Shown: in pieces, positions 12,842 through 26,205 of the stretch
Layout of the letters: the number at the start of each line of letters is the position of its first letter
How positions within the stretch are numbered: the first letter of the stretch is position 1
Notes under the pieces: generated by a model
Database searches by the model: none
What the model was told of the DNA's origin: nothing
The model's input: the letters and a program-made list of their open reading frames with translations, nothing else
Assembly (NCBI GenBank): GCA_002104905.1
Contig: MCFE01000312.1
Span: 33,429-97,428, forward strand
Length of the DNA: 64,000 nucleotides
Direction: 5' to 3'
Source: Basidiobolus meristosporus CBS 931.73
Lineage: Eukaryota; Fungi; Basidiobolomycota
Made by a program: the position numbers and the translations under genes

Positions 12842-13781
12842 ATGGACAGTTCATTACTACGTTCAGCTATAAATACGCTGGACTTGGCGTGTCCCACATT
12901 CAACAACCTCAAGAACTCAGCGCTTTTCCTCCTTACCCTAGTAACATTGACTGTCGCTCAGATGGAGATGGTCCAACCCCCGCCACGCCATTCGCGGCAT
13001 AATCCGAACTGGTCAGGAGCCCCCCGATTACGATATGGTAAACCCATTAGGAACCTACCCTTGCAAAGGATATGGGCAAGGTGGAATAGTTCAGACTGTA
13101 AAAGCAGGTGCTTCCGTTCAGGTGAAAATTGGAGGCATTGCCAAGCATAGCGGAGGCCATTGTCAATTCGCGATCTCGTATGACCAAGGCAAGACATTTG
13201 CCGTGCTGGACACCATTTATGGTGACTGTCTGATTGCTAGCACTCAATATTCCGTGAATATTCCCAGCACTGCCGGTTCGAGTAAAAACGCCGTATTTGC
13301 CTGGACATGGATCAACAAGATCGGTAACCGTGAGTACTACATGAATTGTGCTGATTTGGAGATCCAAGGGCTTGCCGATGACTACATTGCTGGCCCAAAA
13401 CTCTTGGTAGTAAATCTCCCTGGATACCCAACAATCCCTGAGTTTCCCCACGATGGCCCAAATGGTAGTAAGGATTTGCTTGCGGCTCGTCCGACCGTCA
13501 CCATCCGACCCGCGATGAGCGACACGCCTCCTACAACCTCCACAGCCGCTAGTATGTCACCAACCAGGGTCACCAGTTCGATTACAGACACAGCTACATC
13601 GAAGCCGTCCTCCTCTCCTGCCCCCGAAAACTGTAAAAACATCCCTGCATGGAGTGCTATGACTGCCTATAATGCCTCGCAGAGAGTAAGCTACAAGGGT
13701 CGCGTATGGCAAGCTAGATGGTGGAGTCAAAATGAGACGCCAGATGCTAATGCTGTTTGGGTCAATTTGGGAACATGCTAA
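12842..13781 (+). pseudogene. AA11-like LPMO + Ser/Thr linker + C-terminal CBM5/12 chitin-binding domain; frameshifted
   Basis: AA11 motifs HSGGHCQ and WTWINKIGNREYYMNCA; signal-like ALFLLTLVTLTVA; CBM AWSAMTAYNASQRVSYKGRVWQARWWSQNETP (13632-13778). Lesions: +1 frameshift in the C6 run 13020-13025, Gln (CAG 12959-12961) at the His1 position, no ATG between the TATA (12868) and the signal peptide. Confidence 0.85.
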
Positions 13782-14464
13782 GCATCAATAAAGTGGCTCA
13801 ACAGCGGTATTCAGTGGTTGCAGTCACGATATTTTACCTTCTATCCTGTGTGTCAAATCTCATCTTGGTACTGGTAGCAGTTTCCGCTATTAGAGACAGT
13901 AGTGGAATTGTAGTAATGGAACTGCCAGTATATTGGGTAAACATAGCATTACCATAGTATATTTACTGATAGTACTAAAAACTTGCAAGTAAATGGAAGT
14001 CACGGTATTGTGTGGATGATGCATCAGCAGAAGCGGGGTGATCGGATTATCCACCGATCTGAACTTGCTCTGGCTGACTAATTAAAGAGTTGGCCGTGAT
14101 GTTAGTGATTAGGATGTACATGATTAGTAGTTGGCGATCATTTTGTGAATGCAGACGGGAAATTTCCCGCCCAGATTCCGCTGTCAATCTATATTACAGT
14201 TTTCTCAATGATAATGCACCGGCGGTTCGAGTCGGAATGTACTTACATGATGGTCAGCACCATACCATAGCCAGAGCAGAGGCCCATGCATCACTCTTTG
14301 TGACGCGAATAGGTTTCTATAAGCTCGAATGTGAGAGTTAGATTTGAAGCCTATCGACTTGTCAGTGAATACTAATTTGGTAGGCGGGCATTCCGGTAAC
14401 TCCACTTCTCAACTGGAATAAATACCACACATTCGGGCAAATATCTGTCAAAAATTATTCAACG

Positions 14465-14893
14465 ATGCTTCGAAACTCAGTTTTTAAGGAAGAGACGATC
14501 CTTGGACTAGGTGACATGGGTGCCGTTCTTGCAAAGGTCTTACTCAAGAATGGTCGCCAGGTTACTGTGTGGAATCGTTCCACCTCAAAAGCCGAATCAT
14601 TAATCCAGAAGGGAGCTGTGTTGGCAACAAGTGTTGCTGCCGCTGTCAGCTCAAGTCTTATTAGTGTAATTTGTGTGGCCAATTATTCTGTTACTCGTAG
14701 TATACTTAATGCTACGGAGGTGATACCAATATTGGCTGGTCGCATCTTGGTGGAGTTAAGTATTGGTACCCCACATCATGCACGTGACGGGGAATCCTGG
14801 GCACACAAGCATGGGGCCTTTGTTAGACAGCACTATCCTTGCAACCCCTACCCAGGTTGGCAGACAAGAGACTCCAATCTTATGTGGATGTGA
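14465..14893 (+). pseudogene. Bacterial-type imine reductase (IRED)/beta-hydroxyacid dehydrogenase family, truncated
   Basis: GLGDMG...VTVWNRS..KAE.L...GA...ICVANY...LAGRILVELSIGTP..AR..ESWA.KHGA. After a +1 shift at ~14821 it reads LDSTILATPTQVGRQETPIL. Intronless; the C-terminal half is missing at the TE block edge. Confidence 0.85.
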
Positions 14894-15489
14894 ATTTAAT
14901 GGAAGAAGTTACAAAGCTGGCAAATTGTTTGAAGCTTAGAGACTTGCACAAGCAAAAATACCAGCCCAGAGCAATATCTCTAATTGGAATTGGATATTGA
15001 GTTAGGGGCTGGGTCATAAAAGTAACACAATATGAGTGTAGTGAACATGCTAGTTCCATGATGCATCCTCATGATACTAGACTAGAATTGGAATGTTGAT
15101 AAGGCTGGTGAGCTTATTGTCCAGTAAACACTACAATAGCAATACAATTGCTGTCTTGATTAGTTCCAGCCTATTTCTCTTAGCTGATAAACTATCTCTG
15201 AATCAATAATAGGTACAGGGATATAAGCCTTTGATGCACATGACAGCAGAACCTGTTGGAAACATTGAGTATGCATTGTCAAAACTGCATTAAATACTTG
15301 AAAAGCCTTGATAGTCACCTACTAGTCATACTTGGCAGTTGATGGGGTGTTTAAAGGGTAATGGTACTTCAAGAAGTCATATCATTTCTATCATTACATG
15401 GGTAGATATATATCAGATGGTGAGCAAAGCACAATACTGGCTAATTGCAGTTGAAACATGAAACCACAAGGACCTTATAATTGCTTTAT

Positions 15490-16105
15490 ATTCTCTAATA
15501 GCACCTAAATATTCATCCAACTTGGTTCCTTAGATCATCACATACAAGTTCTGGAGAATTCTGACCAAATTCCTTGTTACAATCTACTTATAATATTTTT
15601 GCCAAAGTATCAGGTACTCAGAGCTTGAAGTTTTGAAAGGTTTCTGAAGTAGTCCCAAACTTAGCATATATGTTCTTGGGATCTTCCTATATACTTATTA
15701 TTTGTTTGTTTTGCCAAGTCAATGGTTACAAGCCCCAAGCTATCACTTGTTGGAATGCCTATAACTGCTGTTACCGGTACTTTTCTCATTGCTGGAATGT
15801 TGAATGGATCTAACAATCAAGTCTGTAAGGTGAAGATAAAGATGCTTATACATGAAGGTGATCTTTGGGATATTGTTACTGAAGAAGAAAACCCCCCTTA
15901 AGGTTTAGGAGAAGAAGCCTTAAAGTACCACAAGAACAAGTAAAGTGCCTTAACTGCATTTGCTCAATGTCAAAAACAAATTGCCCATTCAATATTAAAG
16001 AGCAAAAACATCAAAGAACACCTGGGAGCCATTGTAAGAAGCCACATAGTCATGCTCAGACATCTAGACAATATATCTTTAACAGAAACTCTATAATGCA
16101 CAGTT
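15490..16105 (+). mobile_element. Old Copia-2-family 5' LTR + PBS + gag start
   Basis: LTR homology ~15500-15720, ggttacaagccc (decayed PBS), then homology to gag at 60992+ (ggatctaac..aaggtgaagataaagatg..gaagccttaaagtacc). Confidence 0.85.
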
Positions 16106-16341
16106 GTTCTAAGGAGAAGAGATGAAGCTTCTGATTAACAGTATCACCCAGTGAGTTGATGAGATAAAATCAGTGGGTGTACAAACCACTGACAAAGATG
16201 TAATAGTTACCTTCCTGAATAGACTGACAAACAGGTTATGGGGTTGTGTAGCAGCCACAGAGTACAGAACTGAGTATATGACCCCAAATTGGATATATGA
16301 AAGGCTCCCAGATAAAGTACTAAGAAAATGAAGTTTCAATA

Positions 16342-16640
16342 CCTTATGAAAAGTAATTGTGATTATGCCATTGAAAGGTCATCACAAAATCAAAATCCTG
16401 TGACTAAGAGGTGTGGATGCTGTAGGGACACCATGTAAAGACTATTTAAAAAAATTGCACCTCATGATTTACAATGGACTTGGTCAAAATTTCCATCACA
16501 ACAATACATAAGTGACATTTGTCTTGCTCCCAATTCTCTCACTTTCTGCTCCCAGGGACTCAATCACCTCCTATATTTGTGTACATTGCTTGGCTATGCC
16601 TCTTTCTCATACTCCTTTCTTCCTGACTCAACCAATTTCC
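16342..16640. mobile_element. CACTA-1 terminal fragment (ORF2-side end)
   Basis: ccttatgaaaagtaattgtg..., homologous to the ends at 26206 and 54568. Confidence 0.7.
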
Positions 16641-16995
16641 CAACTGGCTAGGTGATTATTAATTGTGGTGTTACAGAAGGTTCTGGATATCAATAGAAAT
16701 CTTAATGACATCCAATTTAGCTAAGAGTACTTTAAGTAATTGCTGGAAGGTACCAAGCAGCTTTGCACATCCAACCAGTCAGGGATCAGTGTTGGGAAAC
16801 CTGTGTAGCATAGGGATACCATACATTTGATGACAATGGTAGTTATGGTGACACTGTTTGTTCATATATCACAGGTACTGACATAGATACATGCCTAATT
16901 TAGAAGCACTACATATGATAATCTTACATAAAGTGAGGAATAGCTGATGAAATAAAATAAGCAGGTGTCAAAGTTAGCCAGCTTATGCAATAGAA

Positions 16996-19900
16996 CCCTA
17001 TGAAAAATAATTTGGTCCCACAGGTGGATCCAATCCAGATCAGCTGTCAAGATCCCATCAGGAAACCACAATAATATCAGCAGATTGGAATTAATGACTA
17101 TCTACACAATCTTATGATGGGATCACAATGGCATTTAGCTAATTTTACAGTCAAAAAATGTTAAAAAAGCATAATAGTGTTTGTATAGTATTATGCCAAG
17201 GGTGGCATGGCTTTGTTGCAGTCTTGATGGGCTCTACAACTATTTGAGTGGATCTAACTGGCCAGTACATTCAATTGCCTTATAGGGCAAAGACTTAACA
17301 GTGTTTTGACAGCTTCATTACAAGCCTCTCATGGAATTATCATGGCAGTATGGTGGCCTACAGCTAGTTCTGTATAGCACTGCCATACCAATTTACCAAG
17401 TGGTATTTCCTTTTTCTACCTCCCCTTGTGCAATTCATATATTCCACTGCAGAATCACCCCTCTTTATTCACTTACCCACTACTACCTTGGGTATTCCAC
17501 CTATAGCTCAAATTAAAAAATATTCTGGCCTTCTGCTTACTAACCTCTACAAACATGCACACCTGCCAAAATTAACATACTTCTATCACCTCAACTTTAT
17601 GGCTTTTTAGTGTAACACTTGCAAAGTTGCCATATACTATATAGTACTGGTAACATATACATCTTGCAAACATATGGTTGGTTGCCACCACTTCTGCCAT
17701 GAATACCTCCTGAATATCCCCAAAGAACTTTTTGTTATTTAGCCAATATATTCCTTCTCCCTGCTGGATTCTAGTCCCACTTATATGTGAGCTCTGGCTC
17801 TTATTTGTATGAATTCCATATTGGATGGTGTAGAAGTTGGGTTGTGTCCAAGAGAAATATGGCATACCTTGGTAGAGCTTTACTAATCAACATTAGTTGC
17901 TTATTGCACCCTACCCAACTTTGCATTATTTAACAGATTACCCATGCATTGGAGCTGCTTAGCTTTGTAATGCCATAGGCATAGGCGTCTCCATGTGCAA
18001 ATCTGTCCTCAGTATTTTCCAACTCTTTCTGGCTGTCCTCCATGTGCCAACTCATCACACCCATGACAGACTTGAAGGTAATATTCTTGATGTGATTGGG
18101 ATATGGTAGTACCTGCAACTTGACTCATCTTCTTATCTCAACACCCATCCACTCCATAGGAAGCTCCCAAAAGGTGAAGCAAAGTCCAACATTCTCAACA
18201 CACCAAGCAAGATGGAGTAGCAAGTAGATGCAGTAGTGGCAGAGATCTACATATTGTGGTGGTGTATAAGTCTAAGGGAGGGATACATCATACACTTCTT
18301 GAGTGTTTGTGTGTGGGCTGTTCACTGGGTGCAATAACCTTTGGCAAAAGCTTGCTGGGAATACTTGGTTTTTATTGTCTCCAATCTAATGTGAAGGGGA
18401 ATGAAGCTACAAGCTTGTCAAGGGAAAACTATTGAGCTACAATCCCCAACTTAGTTGGCATCTTAATAAAAGTATGCACTAGGTTCAGCATCCTTTGAGA
18501 TGATAATGTACTAAAGCTTCCAAAGTCAAAACAACTGTAAACTCTACCAGCAGGGACTTGAAAAGAATGCAATTGTAGTCAATAGTTACAATGACAGAAA
18601 AGTATCTTTACCTGCACAAGAACAAACTTGGGAAAGAATCAAATATAACAAAAGATACCTACTCAGGGTATTCCTCATACATAGTGCCTCCAAGGTCAGT
18701 TGGCTGACAGTACAGTTTCCTGGGAGTGTCCTGTGGTCTGGGGTTGGAAGTTCAGGTAGCAGCAGGTAACAGTGATCACACTAATCAGCAAGTTGGTATA
18801 ATGATGGAAGGGATGATGATTTATTGGTGAGCGATTGCCCCCCTATATACTTTTCTCACTGGCAAAGTGATTAACAAGCATGGTGTTTCAGAAGGTTCAA
18901 GTGGTCAAATAGAAGTCTTAATGATATTAGAATGAGCCAAGAATGTTCTAAGTAGGTACTGGAAGGTTCTGGTGGTCAAATAGAAATCTTAATGGCATCA
19001 GAATGAGCTAAGAATGTTTTAAGTAGGTTCTGGAAGGTTCTGAGAGGGGCAGCACACCCAACCAATCAGGTATCAGTATTAGAAACCTATATCACATAGG
19101 GTTACTAAATATGGTATAAGAGTGGTAGGGATGGTGATGTGGTTTGGCCATTATTACAGGTACCAGCATGGGTGCTTGCCTAATATAGAAGCACTTACAT
19201 CAAGCAATCTTACATAAAGAGAGGGATAACCTATGCAATAAGGTAGGCAGGTGTGAAAGTCAGCTGGCTTATGGGATATTGCTGATCAAGTAAGACAAAT
19301 GGGATAATACCAATGTAAGGGTAGTAGAAAAATAGGGATGTAGAAAATATGAGAATGAGCATATCTGTCAGTGGGTTTTGCTGTGACCCCACTACTGCAT
19401 TCAGCTTTGCCAGATGGTGCCATACAGTGCCAATTTGGGGTCAAAATTGACATGCATATGACCCTAAAATACTAAATTAATAACAAAATATACAGCACTC
19501 TCTGGCACTATGTTCAATGGCACAATGGAACAAGTCTAATGACTTCAGAAGGCCACTTGAATAAACACATATCCTGTTCATCCATTCCTTGCACTTGTAT
19601 TGTTGCATATGCATATGAGCATTGATTGGAGCCCATGAGAAGTACTTGGGTAGCAGATACTCTGTAATATCTGAGCCAATAATCAAGAGGACATCAGAAG
19701 TCTGGCATGCTAAAACCTTAAGGCCAGCATACCATGAGACAAGCAGGAGTTCAAGGCCAAGCAGAACATGCTTGACTTGCTCCATGGGCATTATCCTGAA
19801 TTCAAACAAGCAAACAGATTTCCAGCCAGCATTGGTATGCTGAGAAAGTATCTGAAGAATGGCAGGAACTATTAAAGGTAGAAGAACAAGGGTGCAATTG

Positions 19901-21347
19901 CTAAAAACAAGCAGCTTTCTCAAGAGCCTGTTACAAGCAGGGCCAAAAGTTTCAAACAAATATCAAAGAGGCATCAGGTAGCTGGAAGAGTGCCAATTAG
20001 GGAAATGCTGGCAGACACAGATGCACTAGCACAACATTTACCAAGGAGAGAGTGTAGATCTAATCAAGAAGTACTCAGTCCAAGTAGCAGTGAAGGATCT
20101 GGCAGTGATAAAAATGAGTGGCTCCCTCAGGAGCCTGTCACAGAATGGGCTGAGAGCTCAAAACAAGCAGGAAAGAATTGTCAGGTTGCCTGCAGAGTGC
20201 CAGCAAGAGATAAGCTGGCCAAAATAGATGCATCAGAGCAACATTTAACAAGGAGAAAATATAGTTCAGTACAAGAAGCACTCTGACAAAGTAGTAGTGA
20301 AATACCTGGCATTGATAAAGGAAAAGGTAAGCGGAAAAAGTCTACCAACTCCAGAGACAGAGAAGAATAAGAAAAAAACTGCAGTTCTTGCCAATTAACA
20401 CTGTCAGCCTGGAACATACAGAATCCCATCATAGCCAAGAAGAATTACCAACAAGAAAACAGCTGTATTCATAAGAGTCAGAAGCACAGCCAGTTGAGCT
20501 ACACTCCAGTGAGGTAGATGAGTTAGCAGAGAGTGGCAAATTGTCTACCACAGCCTCCATATTCTTAATTGTTGACAGAGTGGAGATCCCACTGACAGAC
20601 AAAGTAGCAACATCAAGAACTCAAAGGTTATCACAATGCTTTCAGTTGAATTCTGGAGTATTAATAAGCCCACCAAGAGGTTGCAGCACTTCTTCAAGAG
20701 CAGTGCTCAAGAAAATGCACGTGAATATTGCAAGGTTGTGTTGCAAAGACTGGCAGATGAGAATCTAGCCTTTGCAGTGCCGGCTGAAGACCAGGACATA
20801 TGGGAAGCAGTGAATGAACAGTGGCATAAAGTTGCAGGGTTCCTTCCTAAGTCATGGAAACAGAGCATCACAGCAGAAATACATATTAAGTGGTATATTT
20901 TAATGGAGTTACTTGCTGAGTGTGGGGTTGGGCTTAATGTTATTGTAGGGTATAGGGGCCTGTATTAGTCAAAACAATTGGCAATTGAGGTACAACTGAA
21001 GTTTCAATGGAAATAAATCAATTTGTAAGCATGAAAAGTACAAGAAATGGTTGAGTTGGGTAGTAAGGAGTGTGAAAAAGAGGCAATAGCCAATCAATGC
21101 ACACAAATGTAGGAGGCAATAGAGTGTCTGGGATTAGAAAGTGACAAAATTGACAGAAAACCAATCAAAAGCCACATTTGTATTGTTGCAATGAAAAATT
21201 TTGACAAAGTTTTATATGATATCTGCGGTATAATTATTTTCTGATGGTCTTTGCATGGTGTCCTGATGGGATCAATACCTCTTAGTCACAGGACTTAGGA
21301 TTTGTGACAGTCTTTTGACAGAATCATCACACTAATTTTACATAGGG
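16996..21347. mobile_element. CACTA-1, internally deleted copy with both TIRs
   Basis: CCCTATGAAAA ... TACATAGGG; 3-bp TSD GAA/GAA. Transposase C-half on minus (W.FPME..G..K..QVLPYPN) is fused at ~19670 to the ORF2 3' half on plus. Confidence 0.9.
18255..19396 (-). mobile_element. LTR-X solo copy inside CACTA-1
   Basis: tgtggtgg...ccactac(t); flanks ATAT/GCAT; the host transposase reads through when it is removed. Confidence 0.9.
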
Positions 21348-21454
21348 GAACTGATCAGATACAACAAATGGGATAAAACTAAAATAAGGGTAGTAAAAAA
21401 TATGGGAATGAGTCCATCTGTTGGTAGGTACTACTATGACCCCACTACACTGCT

Positions 21455-23248
21455 ACTATGCAATGTGAGCTTCACAGAAAATGTTATCACTCTACAGTGC
21501 ATGGTAAGGCATAATCAAGCAGCCAAACAAGTCAGCATATGCCTCAGAGAAGCTCAAAAACACCAAAACTGTTAATTCACATGCTGATGACAAATATTTT
21601 AAATGTGGGAATAGGGCACATATGTCACCAATCTAACCTGAGATGAATTCTACACCATTGGTATGTATTACCCAAACTCTACATAATCACTCAGCCAATG
21701 ATATGACAGGGTATGCAGATGCTTATGATGAACCTACAGCACAAAATAATCACATCCTCCTAGACTTTCCGGCTATGATTGCACCTGTTCAAGAAAAGAA
21801 GCAACCTAGCACACAGCTCAAGGATATAGATGTACCACTCACCCTCAATGGGCAAAAATACATAGCACTACTGGATACTGGATCATCCAACTCTATCATA
21901 TTGCACAATGCGGTCAAAGAGCTCAACTTGGAAACAGAAATACAATCAGAAAAAATTATACTTGCAGCTAAGAACCTCTTAGTCCCAAGACTTGGTATTC
22001 CCAGCTCAATTGGTATATATTTGGCTCAATAACTATAATCCATCAAATCAAAGTTATTGACATTGCTAATGAGCCTGAGGTAGTCATTAACATAGACACC
22101 CTCACCAAAGTTGCCTGCCACATAGGTGGACCACAAGTTTGCTATCCTGAAATCAATTAAGCTTGGCTGCCCATGAAGGATCAGATTCCAGAGATTTTCT
22201 CACCCCAACCAGAAGAAGCAGAGTCAACCCCAACTTTTCTACACTGCTTTCAATCAGTCATGTTGGATATTCAGCCAGTTATAGAAAGAAATTAAGCCAT
22301 TCCAAGGATCACTTTATGCACTATTCCAGAATCAACTGTGAGCAATTTTTGATTTCAAGAATTCAGGATATTATTTCCACACCATCTGGAGCAAATGCAC
22401 TCTACAAGTTGTACTCAAAGGATGCATATCACCAATTCCAAGTCCATCCTGAGCATTAGCAATAGACTGTCTTTACTTATGATATTATTCAATTAATGTT
22501 TCAGGGTGCTCCCTTTGGCCTAAAGACACTTACCAGCAGCTTCTGCAGAGTTATAACTATAATATTCAGGAATGCATATATGCCTTAGTACTTGTTGATG
22601 ATGTAGTCATATTCTACACAAACCATAAGGATCTTGTAAGTCACATTGCTGTTGTAATCAATAAACTAATGGCTACTGCAATGATTCTCAAAGCTAAAAA
22701 GTGCAATTTTGCTTGCCTCAATCTCAATCTACTTGGATTTGTAGTTACACCAGCTGGCCACCAACAAGACTCTTTCAGACAGGTCAATATTCCTGAATGG
22801 CCAAATCCTACTAGTACTAAGCAACTGCATAATTATCCTGAAGTATTCAACTATATCAGGGACCACATATTGCTCTTGTTACCATTGAGTGCCACTTTGA
22901 ATGCATTATGCCATGGCACTTACCTCCCCTGAGCCTGGAACAGGACTCATGATGAAGCCTTTGAGATGCTTTGTCCACTCATCTAACTAGAACCCACCTT
23001 ATTCTGCACAAACTTTACTGAGCCATTTTTTGTTGCTATATATGTATCAAATGGTTAGTAGCAGCTGTCCTCAATCAGGATGAGGAGCAAAATAAGCCTC
23101 TCTGTACTTCATTCCAAGCCAGATCCCTACAGCCTACTGTGAGAAACTGCTCTGCTATCAAGAAGGAGCTACTTGCCATAGTCTCTGTCTTGAAGATGTT
23201 TTGACAATATCAACAGGGTAACCATATTGTCTTGACATAGACCACAAA
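21455..23248 (+). mobile_element. Gypsy gag-PR-RT-RNaseH remnant (same family as 36621-42885)
   Basis: ALLDTGSSNSII protease; cagggtgctccctttggcctaaagacactt matches 39545-39575; RNaseH KKELLAIV...DHKP cut by the CACTA TIR at 23249. Confidence 0.9.
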
Positions 23249-26205
23249 CCCCATGAAAATAATTTGGTCTTGCAGGTGGATCCAACTAGAAGTAACCATC
23301 AGGTTCCTGCAATAAGGCTATTATAGTACTGGCAGTTTGAATTATTGACCATCTGCACAATCTTATGATGGGATTGTAACTGTGCTTGGATGGATTTATT
23401 GCCAAGTAAAGCTAAAAGCTTCATGGTGGTTTAACTGTCTTTTGATGAAAATTTTGTGGTATTCTAACAGTCCTTAAGCACTCTACATTTATTTACCCAG
23501 ACCTGACTGGTAGGTACATCCAATTGCCTTATTTAGCCAGAAGCTTGTCAGTAATCTGATGGCTTTATTTCAGGTCACTGCAGGCAATATAATGGCAGTA
23601 TGGAAGCCTACAGCTATTTTGGTATTATGCTACTGTACTAATTTACCAAATAGTATCTTGTTATTCTACCTCCCCTTGCACTATTCATATATTCCACTGT
23701 AAGTCATCCATGTTTATTTGCCTACCCACTACTACCTTGGGTATTCCTGACATAGTTTGAATTGAAAGCAACTATGGCCTCTTGTTTACTACCCTCTATA
23801 TGCACATGCACCTGCTGCAATTGATATACTTCTATCACCTCAGCTTTATGGCTTATCAGTATGAAACTTGCAAAGTTATCATATATCTTCTATTGCTGGT
23901 AACATATACATCTTGCAAACATATGCTTGGCTGCAGCCACTTTTGCCATGAATACCTCTGGAATATCTGCAAAAGATTTTTTGGCATTTAGCCAACTTAT
24001 TCCTTCTCCCTGCCAATTTCTGGTTGCCCTTATAGGTGCACTCTTACTATTGCTTATGTGAATTCTGTATCAAATGGTGTAGTAATTGGCTTGTGGCCAA
24101 GAGAATCCCAGCATATTTTGGTAAAGTTGTCCTGATAAAAATTAGCTACTTGTTGTGCTCAACCCAACAATGCATAACTCAACTGAGTACCCATGCATTG
24201 AGGCTATTTAGCTTTTTAATGCCAATTATATTGGTGTCTCCATGTGCACATCTGTCCTCAGTATTTTCGAACTCTCCTGGTTGTCCTTCATGTGCTGGCT
24301 TATCACATCAATGATGGTATCAAAGATTACCTTCTTCCTGAGATTAGGATGTGGTAATACCTGCAACTTGACTTGTCTTTCTATCTCCCAGCATATCTGC
24401 CTGATAGGAAAATACCAAAAGGTGAAGAAAGGCCTAATATTCTCCACACACCAAGTAAGATGGAGTAGAGAATGGAGGCAGTAGTGGCAGGGAACTATAT
24501 GGTCAGATTTATGCTTGTAGTACAGCAGCACCAATCCCATCTCAACCTCCTTGCAGAGAGGCTGTAGGTATGTAAAATTGGCATTGGTGATAGTACCAGT
24601 GGCTCAAGATAGTACCATGCAATTTGTGACATGATAGAAGCCACAGGAGCTAGACTCCAAGTGCCATGGGTATTGAGTACCAGATACTTGTCTTCAATCC
24701 TTTTGTGCTCTTCACAAAGGTCAAAATGGATTTCTCCAGCATGGTAGGTGAAACACAAGGGCTACTTTGCATGAAGATGAAGAGCTATGTTTCACACTTG
24801 GCACCCAGGTTTAGGTCTGCTATGCCTCTCTAGCACACAATGGTACTATTTGGCACTCATGGCTCAGTATTGCACTATCCAACAAAACAAGTCTAATGAT
24901 TTTGCAACAGACAAAGCATGTTCTGCTTGGCCCTGAATTCCTAATGGTCCCATGGTACACCAGCTTTGAAGAGATTCTGTGCTAAACTTCTAATGGTCTG
25001 TTGAGCATTGGCACATTGTTCATTATTGCACTCAATGGCTCCATGGATCTTCATGTCTTTAAATTGTTGGGCTTTGATGTAAACACTGCTGTCTCTCCCT
25101 CCAATGCTGTGACAGGTTTTTCTGCAGGCTTTATCTTTTGGTACTGTTCTTAAGCTTCAGGGACTTTATTGTGCTCCTGTGCTGTTACATTGGGAAATTG
25201 CATATTTCTAGCTGTGATGTTGAGTTGCTTCAAGTCCTAATTTACCACAGGATTACTGGGTTCTCCACCTGGGTCATTGATTGCCATGCATGTATTATCT
25301 GTGCATCCTGTCACCAAACAGCTTCCTGAATTCTCAAGGCCATTGAATGTATTGTATCAACCACTGCACCTATCTGCCTTATTATTACTTAGCTATGTGC
25401 TGACAACATACTTGCTAATACCGGTGGTGAATATATTATGATCATCACTAGCTGAACTTCCACTGGAGGTACTTGGTATTCTGCATTCTCATCTGCCTGA
25501 GCATTATGATCCATTTGCTGCTCTACAGAGATTCATCATTGCCAAATTGACTGAGAGCCTGAGGAGTCCACATTGCTACCCTCAGTGGGCCCATTGTGAA
25601 TATGCCCTTTTCTGCATGTAGCCATAACTGTTCAAAGAGTGTTAATGCATGCTGCTCTCCCACTATTCTTTTGCTGGTGTCAGCAGTGGGCTTGATGAGA
25701 ACCTGGCAACTATGCTTTATTTTTGAAGGCATATATATGTAGGAGAGTCAAACCCAAGGGGAAATAGTGTTACAAATATTTCTGTCTGTGGTACCACAAC
25801 TTTTATTCAAATGGCTACTTCAGCTGGTCATCATAGAATCTCATATTGATGTAGGTGTAATGTCTTAGATACAACACTCCCTTATGTCCACTTGAGTATA
25901 TGCATGAAAGTGGCATAATAGTGCTACATTGTTAAGTGACAAGCTGTTTGCCCAATAGACAAGACTATTTTGATACAATAACAGAAGAGAAAGAAGACCA
26001 TGTAGCAATTTTGATCAGCCTCTGGGACATGGGGCACCTAGTGAGCATAAGAAGTATCAAATGGATCACAGCTGGTGCTTTGCTGCACAAGTCAAACTCA
26101 AGCATTGATCAGTCACTGCTCTACAAGAATATCATGCTGGCCATTTGTCACCATTATAAATACTCCCAGCCACACTTGTCACCTTGTGCAAACTGATTCA
26201 AGTGA
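23249..26205. mobile_element. CACTA-1 rearranged remnant
   Basis: TIR CCCCATGAAAATAATTTGG; transposase C-half on minus to ~24900, then ORF2 N-half on minus and transposase N-terminus on plus (25760-26190). Confidence 0.8.

Larger units (their letters stand above)
16640..21449 (-). mobile_element. LTR-X copy (left-truncated) split by CACTA-1 16996-21347
   Basis: X sequence reads gcttatgcaatagaa | ctgatcag..gaccccactaca across the CACTA insertion; right flank CTGC. Confidence 0.85.

Noticed and set aside
14900-15490. CpG-free segment truncating the IRED gene
   Set aside because: Probably an old TE, but no termini, second copy or motif allows classification.
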